Source of the DNA: an uncultured bacterium
GTDB lineage: Bacteria > Bdellovibrionota_B > Oligoflexia > CAYFLR01
Reading direction: 5' to 3'
Length of the DNA: 62,094 nucleotides
NCBI GenBank assembly: GCA_964544765.1
Contig: CAZJDM010000003.1
Location: 1 to 62,094, forward strand
Of the stretch, positions 45,669 to 53,944 are shown one piece after another. How positions within the stretch are numbered: position 1 is the stretch's first letter; every line of letters begins with the position of its first letter. Position numbers and translations under genes: made by a program. The notes below the pieces were generated by a model, which worked only from the letters and a program-made list of their open reading frames with translations, searched no databases and had not been told where the DNA came from.

Positions 45669-46871
45669 ATGAGTAAATCAACTGATATTATTAAAACAAC
45701 CGAGGGATATGGAGCACATAATTATAAGCCATTACCTGTTGTTTTATCAGAGGCAAATGGAGCGTGGGTTACAGATGTTGAAGGTAAAAAATATTTAGAT
45801 TTTTTATCTGCTTATTCAGCTGTTAATCAGGGACATAGACATCCTAAGATTATAAATGCTTTAATAGAACAGGCCAATAAATTAACCCTTACTTCTCGGG
45901 CTTTTCATAACGATATTCTGGGTGATTTTTTAGAGCAACTCTGTGAGTATACAGGGTTTGAAATGGCTCTGCCAATGAATACTGGCGCGGAAGCTGTAGA
46001 AACAGCATTAAAGATGGCTCGTAGATGGGGAAATAAAGTTAAGGGAATTCCCGATGGCAAACAAGAGATTATTACTTGTGAGGATAATTTTCATGGTAGA
46101 ACCATCTCAATAATTTCTTTTTCCACTGATCCGGATTGTCGTGAGGGTTTTGGTCCTTTTAATCCAGGTTTTAAAGTGGTCCCTTATAATAATAGTCAAG
46201 CTATTGAAGATGCGATTAACGAAAACACATGCGCCGTTTTATTGGAGCCGATTCAAGGTGAAGCTGGAGTTATTGTTCCTGATGAAGGATATTTAAAACG
46301 AGTTAGAGAAATTTGTACAACTAAAAATGTTTTATTAATAGCTGATGAGATTCAAACCGGTTTTTGTCGCACTGGAGCTAAATTCGCGTGTGATCTTGAA
46401 CAGGTAAAACCAGATGCTATGACTTTAGGAAAAGCTCTTGGTGGAGGTGTATTTCCGGTTTCAGCGGTAGTATCAAGTCGTAAAATTATGGATGTATTTT
46501 ATCCCGGTTCACATGGAAGTACCTTTGGTGGAAATCCATTAGCTTGTAAAGTCGCAATGGCTGCTTTAGACGTTTTAAAAGAAGAAAATCTGTCAGAAAA
46601 AAGTTATGAAGATGGAATTTATTTTAGGGATCGTTTGAGTAAGCATAGTTGTTCCAAGATAGTTGAAATCAGGGGTCGAGGTCTTTTAAACGCGATAGTT
46701 TTTGAAAAAGGTTTTGAAGCCTGGGATGTTTGCGTTGAGTTAAAGGAGAAGGGCTTACTTGCTAAACAAACTCATGGTAATATTGTCCGTTTTGCTCCTC
46801 CATTAATGATTTCTAGAGAAGATCTTGATCATGGTTGTTCAATAATAGAAGATGTTTTAAATAACGTTTAG
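45669..46871 (+). CDS. rocD: Ornithine--oxo-acid aminotransferase
   Basis: 400 aa. 'GAHNYKPLPVVLSEANGAWVTDVEGKKYLDFLSAYSAVNQGHRHPKI', 'ADEIQTGFCRTG' and 'LGKALGGGVFPVSAV' match the OAT/RocD pattern of class III aminotransferases. Confidence 0.88.
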   Translation: MSKSTDIIKTTEGYGAHNYKPLPVVLSEANGAWVTDVEGKKYLDFLSAYSAVNQGHRHPKIINALIEQANKLTLTSRAFHNDILGDFLEQLCEYTGFEMALPMNTGAEAVETALKMARRWGNKVKGIPDGKQEIITCEDNFHGRTISIISFSTDPDCREGFGPFNPGFKVVPYNNSQAIEDAINENTCAVLLEPIQGEAGVIVPDEGYLKRVREICTTKNVLLIADEIQTGFCRTGAKFACDLEQVKPDAMTLGKALGGGVFPVSAVVSSRKIMDVFYPGSHGSTFGGNPLACKVAMAALDVLKEENLSEKSYEDGIYFRDRLSKHSCSKIVEIRGRGLLNAIVFEKGFEAWDVCVELKEKGLLAKQTHGNIVRFAPPLMISREDLDHGCSIIEDVLNNV

Positions 46872-46879
46872 TTGATAAT

Positions 46880-47509
46880 TTAATTTTTATTCACCAGTAT
46901 TCTATTTTGTTGGTTGGACAGGTAGAACAGATCCATAAACACTTTTTTATGTCGATCTTCTGGAGGAAAAAGATCCGATATAGAAGCACTAATTGTCCCT
47001 TTATAACCGGTATCAATTATAAGAATTTTTTTTCCTTGTGCCAAAGCTTGTGCACTAATTCCCTCTTGAGCTAGGTATTTTGATAAATTGGGGTCATCCA
47101 TGTTGTCACGACTTACATTGATCAAATGAATCTTTTTCCTTCTCTGTAGAGAATCATTCAACATCAATTGAGCAAAGTCAAATAAGTACTCACTATCTCT
47201 CGCTACAAAGTATATTTCGCGATCAGGATATATTTCTAAAAACATGGAAATAGCATCTATTAAAGTCCATTTAAAGTTTTCCCAAGTGCTTCCCAATTGG
47301 TGAGTCCTAGGATTAATTGCCATGATACTCGGTCTATCATGATAACTTTCATGCTTTTCCTCATGGTAGTCAGCCAAGCAAGTATTAAGATTAAATTGCT
47401 TAAAATTAGCTAAATCGGCCAAAAGGATCAACAAGGGAAAGAATAGTAATTTATTAATTTTAAAAAGATATATATCTTTTCTTTTTGTAGACATTTTACC
47501 TGCTATCAA
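46880..47509 (-). CDS. Hypothetical protein (N-terminal hydrophobic anchor)
   Basis: 209 aa with an N-terminal hydrophobic segment (LLFFPLLILLADLA). No motif recognised. Confidence 0.45.
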   Translation of the reverse strand: MIAGKMSTKRKDIYLFKINKLLFFPLLILLADLANFKQFNLNTCLADYHEEKHESYHDRPSIMAINPRTHQLGSTWENFKWTLIDAISMFLEIYPDREIYFVARDSEYLFDFAQLMLNDSLQRRKKIHLINVSRDNMDDPNLSKYLAQEGISAQALAQGKKILIIDTGYKGTISASISDLFPPEDRHKKVFMDLFYLSNQQNRILVNKN

Positions 47510-47770
47510 TGCTAAAAACCTTGTTTATTACATGAAATTATATCTCTTTTAAAATGATGAGCCAACGACAAAAATGAAAGAAATCAATACAGCATACCAA
47601 CGACTAAAAGCCCATTTTTAGGTGCTTTAGTAAATATCTTTAAGCTCAATATGCCCGGTGAGACGGATTTAAGGGACACTCAGGCCGCAATTTACTGGAC
47701 AGATAAATCAAATAATTTGGCTAGATCAATATAAAAAATAGCCATCCCAAAATTACTTTTCGATAATGCC

Positions 47771-48478
47771 CTACTTTAAACAATTATCGGCGGCTTTAAA
47801 GGTTGAATTTAAAACCACAGAATCTTCCAATGTGGGATTTTGTGGTGAATAACTAATATAAACTACTTCAAACTGTCTTAACTTATGATATTTGATAAAC
47901 TTATCATATCTTTCTTTTGTTTTTTTTAGCTTATTCTCTTCAGTGAAATTTATTATAGTAGTTTTAACATCTACAAAAGAAGCGTAATCCATAGTAGGGT
48001 AGCCTTGAGAAAAACCTACAACACAAAAATGGTAATCGGTAAATTGTTTTATAATTTGGTTATAAACAAAATCAATCATGTTTGATGACCAATTTAACAT
48101 TGGATCCCGTTTATAATGGTCTTTGTTAGAAAATAGCACAGTATTTATTACAGCCATAGAATTAGCTTTACTCATAGGAACATATCCAGAAGATTCATCA
48201 AAACTATATACAAAAACAACGTCTGAAAATACCCGTTTATTAACCCGTTCAAGGAAAGAACGAATTTGGATGTCCATGCTAACCATAAAAGGATGATTAT
48301 CTATTGCTTCTCGATAGCTGGTTTCATATTGCAGTGGATATATTATAATTAGGATTTTCTTTTGAGTACTGTCTGACTTGGATTTTATATTGCTAAAGGC
48401 ATCTCTAGATTTACAAGATAAAATTAACAAACACCCAATTATAATAAACATTAAAAATCGATTCATTTTTCTCTCCAT
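47771..48478 (-). CDS. Lipoprotein, unknown function
   Basis: 235 aa with a lipobox (LLILSC|K). Confidence 0.5.
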   Translation of the reverse strand: MERKMNRFLMFIIIGCLLILSCKSRDAFSNIKSKSDSTQKKILIIIYPLQYETSYREAIDNHPFMVSMDIQIRSFLERVNKRVFSDVVFVYSFDESSGYVPMSKANSMAVINTVLFSNKDHYKRDPMLNWSSNMIDFVYNQIIKQFTDYHFCVVGFSQGYPTMDYASFVDVKTTIINFTEENKLKKTKERYDKFIKYHKLRQFEVVYISYSPQNPTLEDSVVLNSTFKAADNCLK

Positions 48479-48750
48479 TTAGTATTTAATCTCTGGGCAT
48501 TAGTAATATCAAACACATCGCCATGTTTTTTCTTGCCTTTCAATAGACAACTATGCTCTTTGTTTTTATAGAATCTCTCAAAATTTGAACTCATACTTTA
48601 TGTTCGTTGTATATTATATTATTCTTAAGATAATTCTTTTTCTAATGGCATAACTAGTTAAAATTTTACACTTAAAATTTTGAGAATCAAGTTGGATTCA
48701 TAGTTTTACATGGCCACCACTCATAATTTCAGAATGCCATAAACATAGCC

Positions 48751-50661
48751 TTATAAAGCTGTTTGCATCAGGGTTAACTTCTTTAAAAATTGGTTTATTT
48801 CGGAGGAAGTAGCCTTTTCGACAAAATATAGGTAATCATATAAACGGATGACATTGTAGTGGTGCCGCAGTCGAATCAGCGAGGACCATCTTAATAATGT
48901 TTGATTGGAACTGAAAATATTCTTTTCGGATGAGGAAATGACATTAGAATTATAGACATCTGATTCACAAGCATTGAATACTGAGATGGTGATATTATTT
49001 TCCTGTTCTGTTAACTCATTTTTACAAACAGCAGATAGGGTTGGATAGTTTATTATTTTTTCTATCATGGCTTTATTGAAAGCAAAACGAGAAAAATCTA
49101 AATATTTTTCAGAAAGGTGTTGTTCAAAGAGGTCGGAGTCTTCCTCTATTTGATACTTGGTTAATTCAACTTCTCCATTTATGAAATCGATTATTTGGAG
49201 TTGATTTTCGAATTTATCACTATCACCATTATTGTTATTCTCATCACTATTATTATTACTGTTTTTATTGGTATCATTGGTATCATTGGGGGTTTCTAGT
49301 AAACCTACTACGGTTGATTCAAGTGTAGAAATCTGACTTTCTAAATCAGATAAGTTAAATTCAGAAGATAAGGATTCAAGTTCCTCTTTTTCAGTATCAA
49401 AATTGTTTAGATAGTATTGGTAAAAAGGTTTATGGGGTGATTTTTCGTCCATAAATTCTTTAACCAGGTAATCTAATGTGTTCCATGTAATGTTTTCGAT
49501 AGCGCGGTAGTGAGTGATGAGATAGTGTTCTAAAAAAGTATCAACTTCTCCATCAATAAGTCTTGAGTCAACTTCGAAATCTTTTAAGTAGATCGAAGCA
49601 GAATGATCGATTACATCCGCTAGATAATCTTCGGTTAAAGTTAAGTCGTCAACCGCTCCTTTTTGGCCAACGCCTGATTTAAACATGGCTACTGAGTCAT
49701 GGGTCGCTGAAGAACTAACAATTACATTGTCTAACTTAGAAAGTTCTAAAAATTGACCGGAGAAACAAGATGAAATAGTAGTAAATATTGGAGCGTGTTG
49801 TTCAATTTGGCTAAAGGCATCGTATAGGAGCGACATGGTTAGATAACCATCTTCATTGGGTTCTGAAAACACTCTAATGGTTGGCACTTTGGGTGTGCCG
49901 TGAGCAATAACATAAACATGGACGGTATATCCTTCCTCGGCTTTGACAATATTTAATACATCATCAAAGATAGCATTTATATCTTTTAAGCTGTTGTTGT
50001 GAGTAACAATGGGGGTAGGAGATTGGTACAATTTATTATTAAAATAGAATTCATTGGTTGAATAGTTTTGCTTTTGCAAAATATCTTGAGATATAGCAGA
50101 ATTGTTGAAAGAATCATATCCAGTAATTTGTTGTTGTAAAAAAGAGGTGTTTATGGTGCTTAGTTCTCCATCCCAGGTTTTGAGAGCTTTTTTAAATTGA
50201 GAAATGAGGTCATTGGTTTCGGAAAATTCAGGAAGTTCTAAAGTGGAAAAATAAGAATATTGAGGATTGATGTTATATGATTCAGTTTTTTGATTAGTAC
50301 CGTCAGTATATGCATAGAAGACATAATCAGGATCATATTTCAATTTGAAGATTGATGTATACCAGTAATTTAAACCATACTGATAAAATCTTGGATAATT
50401 AGTTAGGTGATTTTGATTAGAACCATTACTAAAAGTTCCTCCGCCAGTTAATATAATGGCAATTTTTTTAGACTCTGTGTCCTCTGGAAGAGTGATTTTG
50501 TTAGATACCTCTTTTGCCGGTTCCTGTAGCTCTTCCTCATCATCATTATTTGATGGGTTACAGGCTGACAGATGAAATAAAATTAGTATCATCCATATCC
50601 AGGTAATACTGTACCAACTAGTTGTTACAGGCTGTCTCTTTAGCTTTCTTCCATGCTTCAT
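48751..50661 (-). CDS. Legumain-like (peptidase C13, clan CD) lipoprotein with long helical/acidic C-terminal extension
   Basis: The open frame reaches 50742, but the probable start is MKHGRK at 50661 (lipobox FHLSAC|N). 'VHVYVIAHGTPKVPTIRVFSEPNEDGYL...PIFTTISSCFSGQFL...NVIVSSSAT' aligns by eye with legumain '[21 protein letters not shown]...MVFYIEACESGSMM...NVYATTAAN'. The His-Gly and Cys of the dyad are about 45 residues apart, each preceded by a hydrophobic strand. Confidence 0.55.
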   Translation of the reverse strand: MKHGRKLKRQPVTTSWYSITWIWMILILFHLSACNPSNNDDEEELQEPAKEVSNKITLPEDTESKKIAIILTGGGTFSNGSNQNHLTNYPRFYQYGLNYWYTSIFKLKYDPDYVFYAYTDGTNQKTESYNINPQYSYFSTLELPEFSETNDLISQFKKALKTWDGELSTINTSFLQQQITGYDSFNNSAISQDILQKQNYSTNEFYFNNKLYQSPTPIVTHNNSLKDINAIFDDVLNIVKAEEGYTVHVYVIAHGTPKVPTIRVFSEPNEDGYLTMSLLYDAFSQIEQHAPIFTTISSCFSGQFLELSKLDNVIVSSSATHDSVAMFKSGVGQKGAVDDLTLTEDYLADVIDHSASIYLKDFEVDSRLIDGEVDTFLEHYLITHYRAIENITWNTLDYLVKEFMDEKSPHKPFYQYYLNNFDTEKEELESLSSEFNLSDLESQISTLESTVVGLLETPNDTNDTNKNSNNNSDENNNNGDSDKFENQLQIIDFINGEVELTKYQIEEDSDLFEQHLSEKYLDFSRFAFNKAMIEKIINYPTLSAVCKNELTEQENNITISVFNACESDVYNSNVISSSEKNIFSSNQTLLRWSSLIRLRHHYNVIRLYDYLYFVEKATSSEINQFLKKLTLMQTAL

Positions 50662-51490
50662 TTTTAAAAAACTCCTTTTTACTGATGTAAATGTCATTTC
50701 CGGGACCGATGTCCCAACCCGTACTATTATTGGTGTCTTCAAATATGATTAATGGATCGTTATTTATTTCTAATGATAACCCTATTTTAGTGATATGAAC
50801 AGCTTCTTGGGATTTAATTAAGATTCGGCTAAGAGCTGTATGTTTCCATCCAACGGTGGTTTGGAGGTCAGCGCTGCCAAGGGTGCCACTAAAAGGGGTT
50901 AGTATGTTTTGATTTGAATTTACGGTAAAGGCTCCTTGATTGGTGCCAAAATCCACCGATAGTTGTAGTAATTGACTTTCTTGATTATCAGTTCCTTCTT
51001 GATTGTTTGTTCCTTCTAGATTACCTGTTTTTTCTAGATTACCTGTTTCTTCTGGAACGCTGGTACCAATAAAAATATGCAATGACCGGTCCACTGGTCT
51101 AGACGTAAGACAATTATTCTCTTCGGACTGAGTTTCAATATCATCAAATAGTCTTAGAATTTCAAGCAGATCTCCGAGTCTATTTTCGGATTGAATTAGT
51201 TCTTGAATACACCTTTCTTGATTTTGACAATTAGTGAAAGAATTATTGGGGGTGACTGGAGCGGTATTGGTAGTGTTAGTGGTACTGGTAGTGCTGGGAG
51301 TATTAGTAGTATCTGTAGTTTGAGGAATATTCTGGGTTGTGGGTAATTGGCTGTTTTCATTAGTAGAATTTGATAATGGAGGTGGTGCGACTGTCTGTGG
51401 AGAGGTGGGATTATGTTGAGCGTTTAAGGGTATTATACTGCTATAACACATTGAAAATATAAATATAATGTATTTGCTTGCTCTAATCAT
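50618..51490 (-). CDS. Secreted T/P/N-rich protein carrying one copy of the unrecognised domain duplicated in the 725-aa lipoprotein
   Basis: 290 aa with a signal peptide (IIFIFSMCYSSIIPLNA) and a PT-rich linker. 'ENNCLTSRPVDRSLHIFIGTS' and 'ITKIGLSLEINNDP' parallel 'KKGCFLRKPLKKMEIILGVED' / 'DEGCFYQQPISRLSIRIVAK' and 'IIRIDSIELKINNEVA' in ORF 53937-56114. An in-frame 18-bp tandem duplication lies at 51014-51049. Confidence 0.55.
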   Translation of the reverse strand: MIRASKYIIFIFSMCYSSIIPLNAQHNPTSPQTVAPPPLSNSTNENSQLPTTQNIPQTTDTTNTPSTTSTTNTTNTAPVTPNNSFTNCQNQERCIQELIQSENRLGDLLEILRLFDDIETQSEENNCLTSRPVDRSLHIFIGTSVPEETGNLEKTGNLEGTNNQEGTDNQESQLLQLSVDFGTNQGAFTVNSNQNILTPFSGTLGSADLQTTVGWKHTALSRILIKSQEAVHITKIGLSLEINNDPLIIFEDTNNSTGWDIGPGNDIYISKKEFFKNEAWKKAKETACNN

Positions 51491-51504
51491 TCAAAAATCC
51501 TGGG

Positions 51505-51536
51505 TAATCCGAAGATAATCCGAAGATAATCCGAAC
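51505..51536. repeat. 11-bp tandem repeat (taatccgaaga x2.9) in the divergent intergenic region
   Basis: taatccgaaga / taatccgaaga / taatccgaac, located 15-46 nt upstream of the start codon of the minus-strand gene that begins at 51490. Confidence 0.8.
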
Positions 51537-51706
51537 TTTTTTCCCTTCTATTGCCTGCAAGGGCCTCAATTTATATATCGGCAGAATCTAAATAACCTTG
51601 AGGCTTTTTAAGGTGGAATTTAGGCTTAGAATGCGTAAAGCAAGTGTTCAATAACACAATAAAAAGAAGATTTATTTGTTTTTTATATAATATATAGTAA
51701 AGGAAA

Positions 51707-53443
51707 GTGAAAAAAATGCCGAAAAATATATTAGCTTTCGGGTTAATAGAAGGTTTGGGACTTAATGATATGATTTTTAAATATAAAAATGATAAAAAAA
51801 TTAAATCAGGCGAAATAGAGCAAAGGCCTAGAATTATAAAAGGGTCTTTTCATAAAATGCTTAGTTTCGTTTGGTTTTTAGTATTTATCGGTAGTATATC
51901 CTGTGATCGTAGCCTGCCAGTGTCTTATGTCCGACAATCTTTCTTAGTAAATGAGCAAAGTGTTGATTCTCCAGAGGATCTTAAGAGAGATTTAGCTAAG
52001 TATAGGTTTGAAATGTTGACTAGGGATACCAATAGTCGTCATGCAAGAATTTCTGGTTTGGTAGTAAATTATTTGGCGATTGCCAATGATGTTCAGGTTC
52101 CTTTTATCGAGTGGGACCAAAATGATTATGTCGAGTTTGTTCGAGTTATGCGTTGTTTTCAATTTCCATCTACCGGACCTGCGGCTACGACTGACGGAGA
52201 CATCCTATCAGGAGCAGAATATAGTGGTGGAACTGTTAGTGGTTGGATGAAAAATGCTGGAACAAGTGATTTTCAAGCGCCGACTGAGCAGTTAGGCATG
52301 TCCTCATATGAAGATATTTATAGACAATCCTGGGATGCTGGTTTTCGAGATTGTTATGAAGTTGGTAATTCTTATATGGGAGATAGTGTTCAAGATCCTT
52401 CTGCTGAAACAGGTGATTATACTTATGTCGTTCAGGGGTGTTTTGAGAACCAAGGTTGTGGGCCTTTAGCTACATTTTCTAACTTCAATTATGTTCGCAA
52501 TTTACCTCTAGGAACAAAAGAGTTGTTTCAACAACGTGATCAAATTTTTGCTGAGTTAAAAGGCTTAGCCAGACAAATAGTTGAGTATGATGCCATTGCT
52601 GAACAGGAATATGCACGGTGTGATCAATTGAGAGAAGATGCTTTTGATGAGGATTTTGATCGAAGAATGACGGGGATATTTGTTGAGATGGGTGTGAACC
52701 TAACTTTAGGATTGATTACGGCCATGAGTATTGGAGATGGTAAAAAGAATGATGGAACCACTAAAACTACTGGAGCTACTAGTAATCAAGATAATGGGAT
52801 TATGGACAGAATTCAAAATCGATTGACAAACCGTGCTATTGGTCATTTTGCCGGTTATGGTGGAGATTGTGGTGCGCCGGCAGACAATGAAAGCTTTGAA
52901 GCAGAACAGGCTCGTATGGACTGTTATATTGGTAATTTAACCAGAGCAAGTAGTCTTGTCAAAGACTATGGACTAAAAAAAATTGACGGCATCGATCTGG
53001 GTTTTGGCTTATTAGGACTAGGAATTGATTCTTTGCCGATGAATAATTCAAGACTGGGAAGTGTGGGAATTGGCGGTATAGGAATTGCTATTCAAAGTTT
53101 TATGATTGACGAAGAAACTGCCAAAAATTTAAGAGAAAGCTGCCCTCTATATGATCAAGCTACCGCCAATAGAAATAGAAGTATTCAATTAGCTGAGATT
53201 AAAGGCTATGACTTAAAACAAAAAATAAATGAGATTAATAGATTGGGTGAAGAAGGGTTTATAGAAGAATCTACTCAATTAGAAGTAATGCAATTTAAGG
53301 CTAATAAGGAAATATGCGAAGAACAAGGTATGCGGTACGGGTATATACAAGGAATGCAAAAGGGCTGTATTCCTATAAATTCAAGCAATATGAATAATGC
53401 TGGTGATAGCACAGATGGAAGTTCCATGAGTAACGAGGTGTAA
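51707..53443 (+). CDS. Lipoprotein, paralog family A (Cys-patterned head, coiled coil, two Gly-rich hydrophobic segments); gene 1 of 5
   Basis: 578-aa ORF starting at a GTG preceded by AAGGAAA. Alternative starts are 51770 and 51857. The lipobox is 'FLVFIGSISC|D'. 'DYVEFVRVMRC', 'FRDCYEVG...GDYTYVVQGCFENQGC', 'ARCDQL' and the Gly-rich 'IFVEMGVNLTLGLITAMSIG' and 'LGFGLLGLGID...GSVGIGGIGIAIQSF' parallel ORFs 56119 and 57407. Confidence 0.6.
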   Translation: MKKMPKNILAFGLIEGLGLNDMIFKYKNDKKIKSGEIEQRPRIIKGSFHKMLSFVWFLVFIGSISCDRSLPVSYVRQSFLVNEQSVDSPEDLKRDLAKYRFEMLTRDTNSRHARISGLVVNYLAIANDVQVPFIEWDQNDYVEFVRVMRCFQFPSTGPAATTDGDILSGAEYSGGTVSGWMKNAGTSDFQAPTEQLGMSSYEDIYRQSWDAGFRDCYEVGNSYMGDSVQDPSAETGDYTYVVQGCFENQGCGPLATFSNFNYVRNLPLGTKELFQQRDQIFAELKGLARQIVEYDAIAEQEYARCDQLREDAFDEDFDRRMTGIFVEMGVNLTLGLITAMSIGDGKKNDGTTKTTGATSNQDNGIMDRIQNRLTNRAIGHFAGYGGDCGAPADNESFEAEQARMDCYIGNLTRASSLVKDYGLKKIDGIDLGFGLLGLGIDSLPMNNSRLGSVGIGGIGIAIQSFMIDEETAKNLRESCPLYDQATANRNRSIQLAEIKGYDLKQKINEINRLGEEGFIEESTQLEVMQFKANKEICEEQGMRYGYIQGMQKGCIPINSSNMNNAGDSTDGSSMSNEV

Positions 53444-53446
53444 GCA

Positions 53447-53944
53447 GTGAAACTTAATTTGATTGTTCTTATAATTTGGAGTGTGGTTTTTTATGCGGCA
53501 TGTGCTGAAGATAAACCAGTACGTTCTTCTAGGGTTTCATCGCAGCAAACAGCTATGGATAATAATCCGGATGGTTCGGTAAAAAGTGAAGCTGAAATTG
53601 AATATGAAAAGGAGGCCGGAGGCTATATTGATGAAGTAAAAGAAGTTGATCGGTGTAAGGATGATCTGTTGGTTGAGATGGGAGTTGAAGATTTAAACGA
53701 TGGAAATCTAGAAGAAGAGAGTCTTAGAAGATGTAGATATAGAAAGTTAAAGACAAGTGTAGTTTTAGACATGTTAGCTGAGGTGAAAGGTAAGATATTG
53801 GTAGTTGAAGAAGCAATACTTAATCGGTGTCTTGATGCTAAGCGTGCTTTGCAGTCATTGCAGACAGAGAATAGGGTCAAGGCAGAACGTATTCTTTCCA
53901 CACCGTCGGGTAGATGGTTAATGGAGGAAATTAGTTGTGAATAA
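53447..53944 (+). CDS. Small coiled-coil lipoprotein; gene 2 of 5
   Basis: 165 aa, with a GTG start 3 nt after the upstream stop, preceded by GAGGTG. The lipobox is 'VFYAAC|A'. It is charged and helical with 4 further Cys. Confidence 0.55.
   Translation: MKLNLIVLIIWSVVFYAACAEDKPVRSSRVSSQQTAMDNNPDGSVKSEAEIEYEKEAGGYIDEVKEVDRCKDDLLVEMGVEDLNDGNLEEESLRRCRYRKLKTSVVLDMLAEVKGKILVVEEAILNRCLDAKRALQSLQTENRVKAERILSTPSGRWLMEEISCE

Noticed and set aside
47640-47735. Short GC-richer patch in the 261-bp spacer. It encodes 'MPGETDLRDTQAAIYWTDKSNN', reminiscent of a YWTD (LDL-receptor class B) blade, so it could be a gene remnant or a small RNA.
   Set aside because: It is only 27 codons with no flanking homology, RBS or repeat. 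One pentapeptide match is not evidence. I record it as unexplained compositional structure only.
50662-50742. Upstream extension of the legumain-like ORF (MKTPIIVRVGTSVPEM...), which would overlap the 290-aa gene by 125 nt.
   Set aside because: The extension has no signal-peptide character, whereas MKHGRK...FHLSAC from 50661 gives a proper lipoprotein leader. The long overlap is more simply explained as an open frame upstream of the true start.
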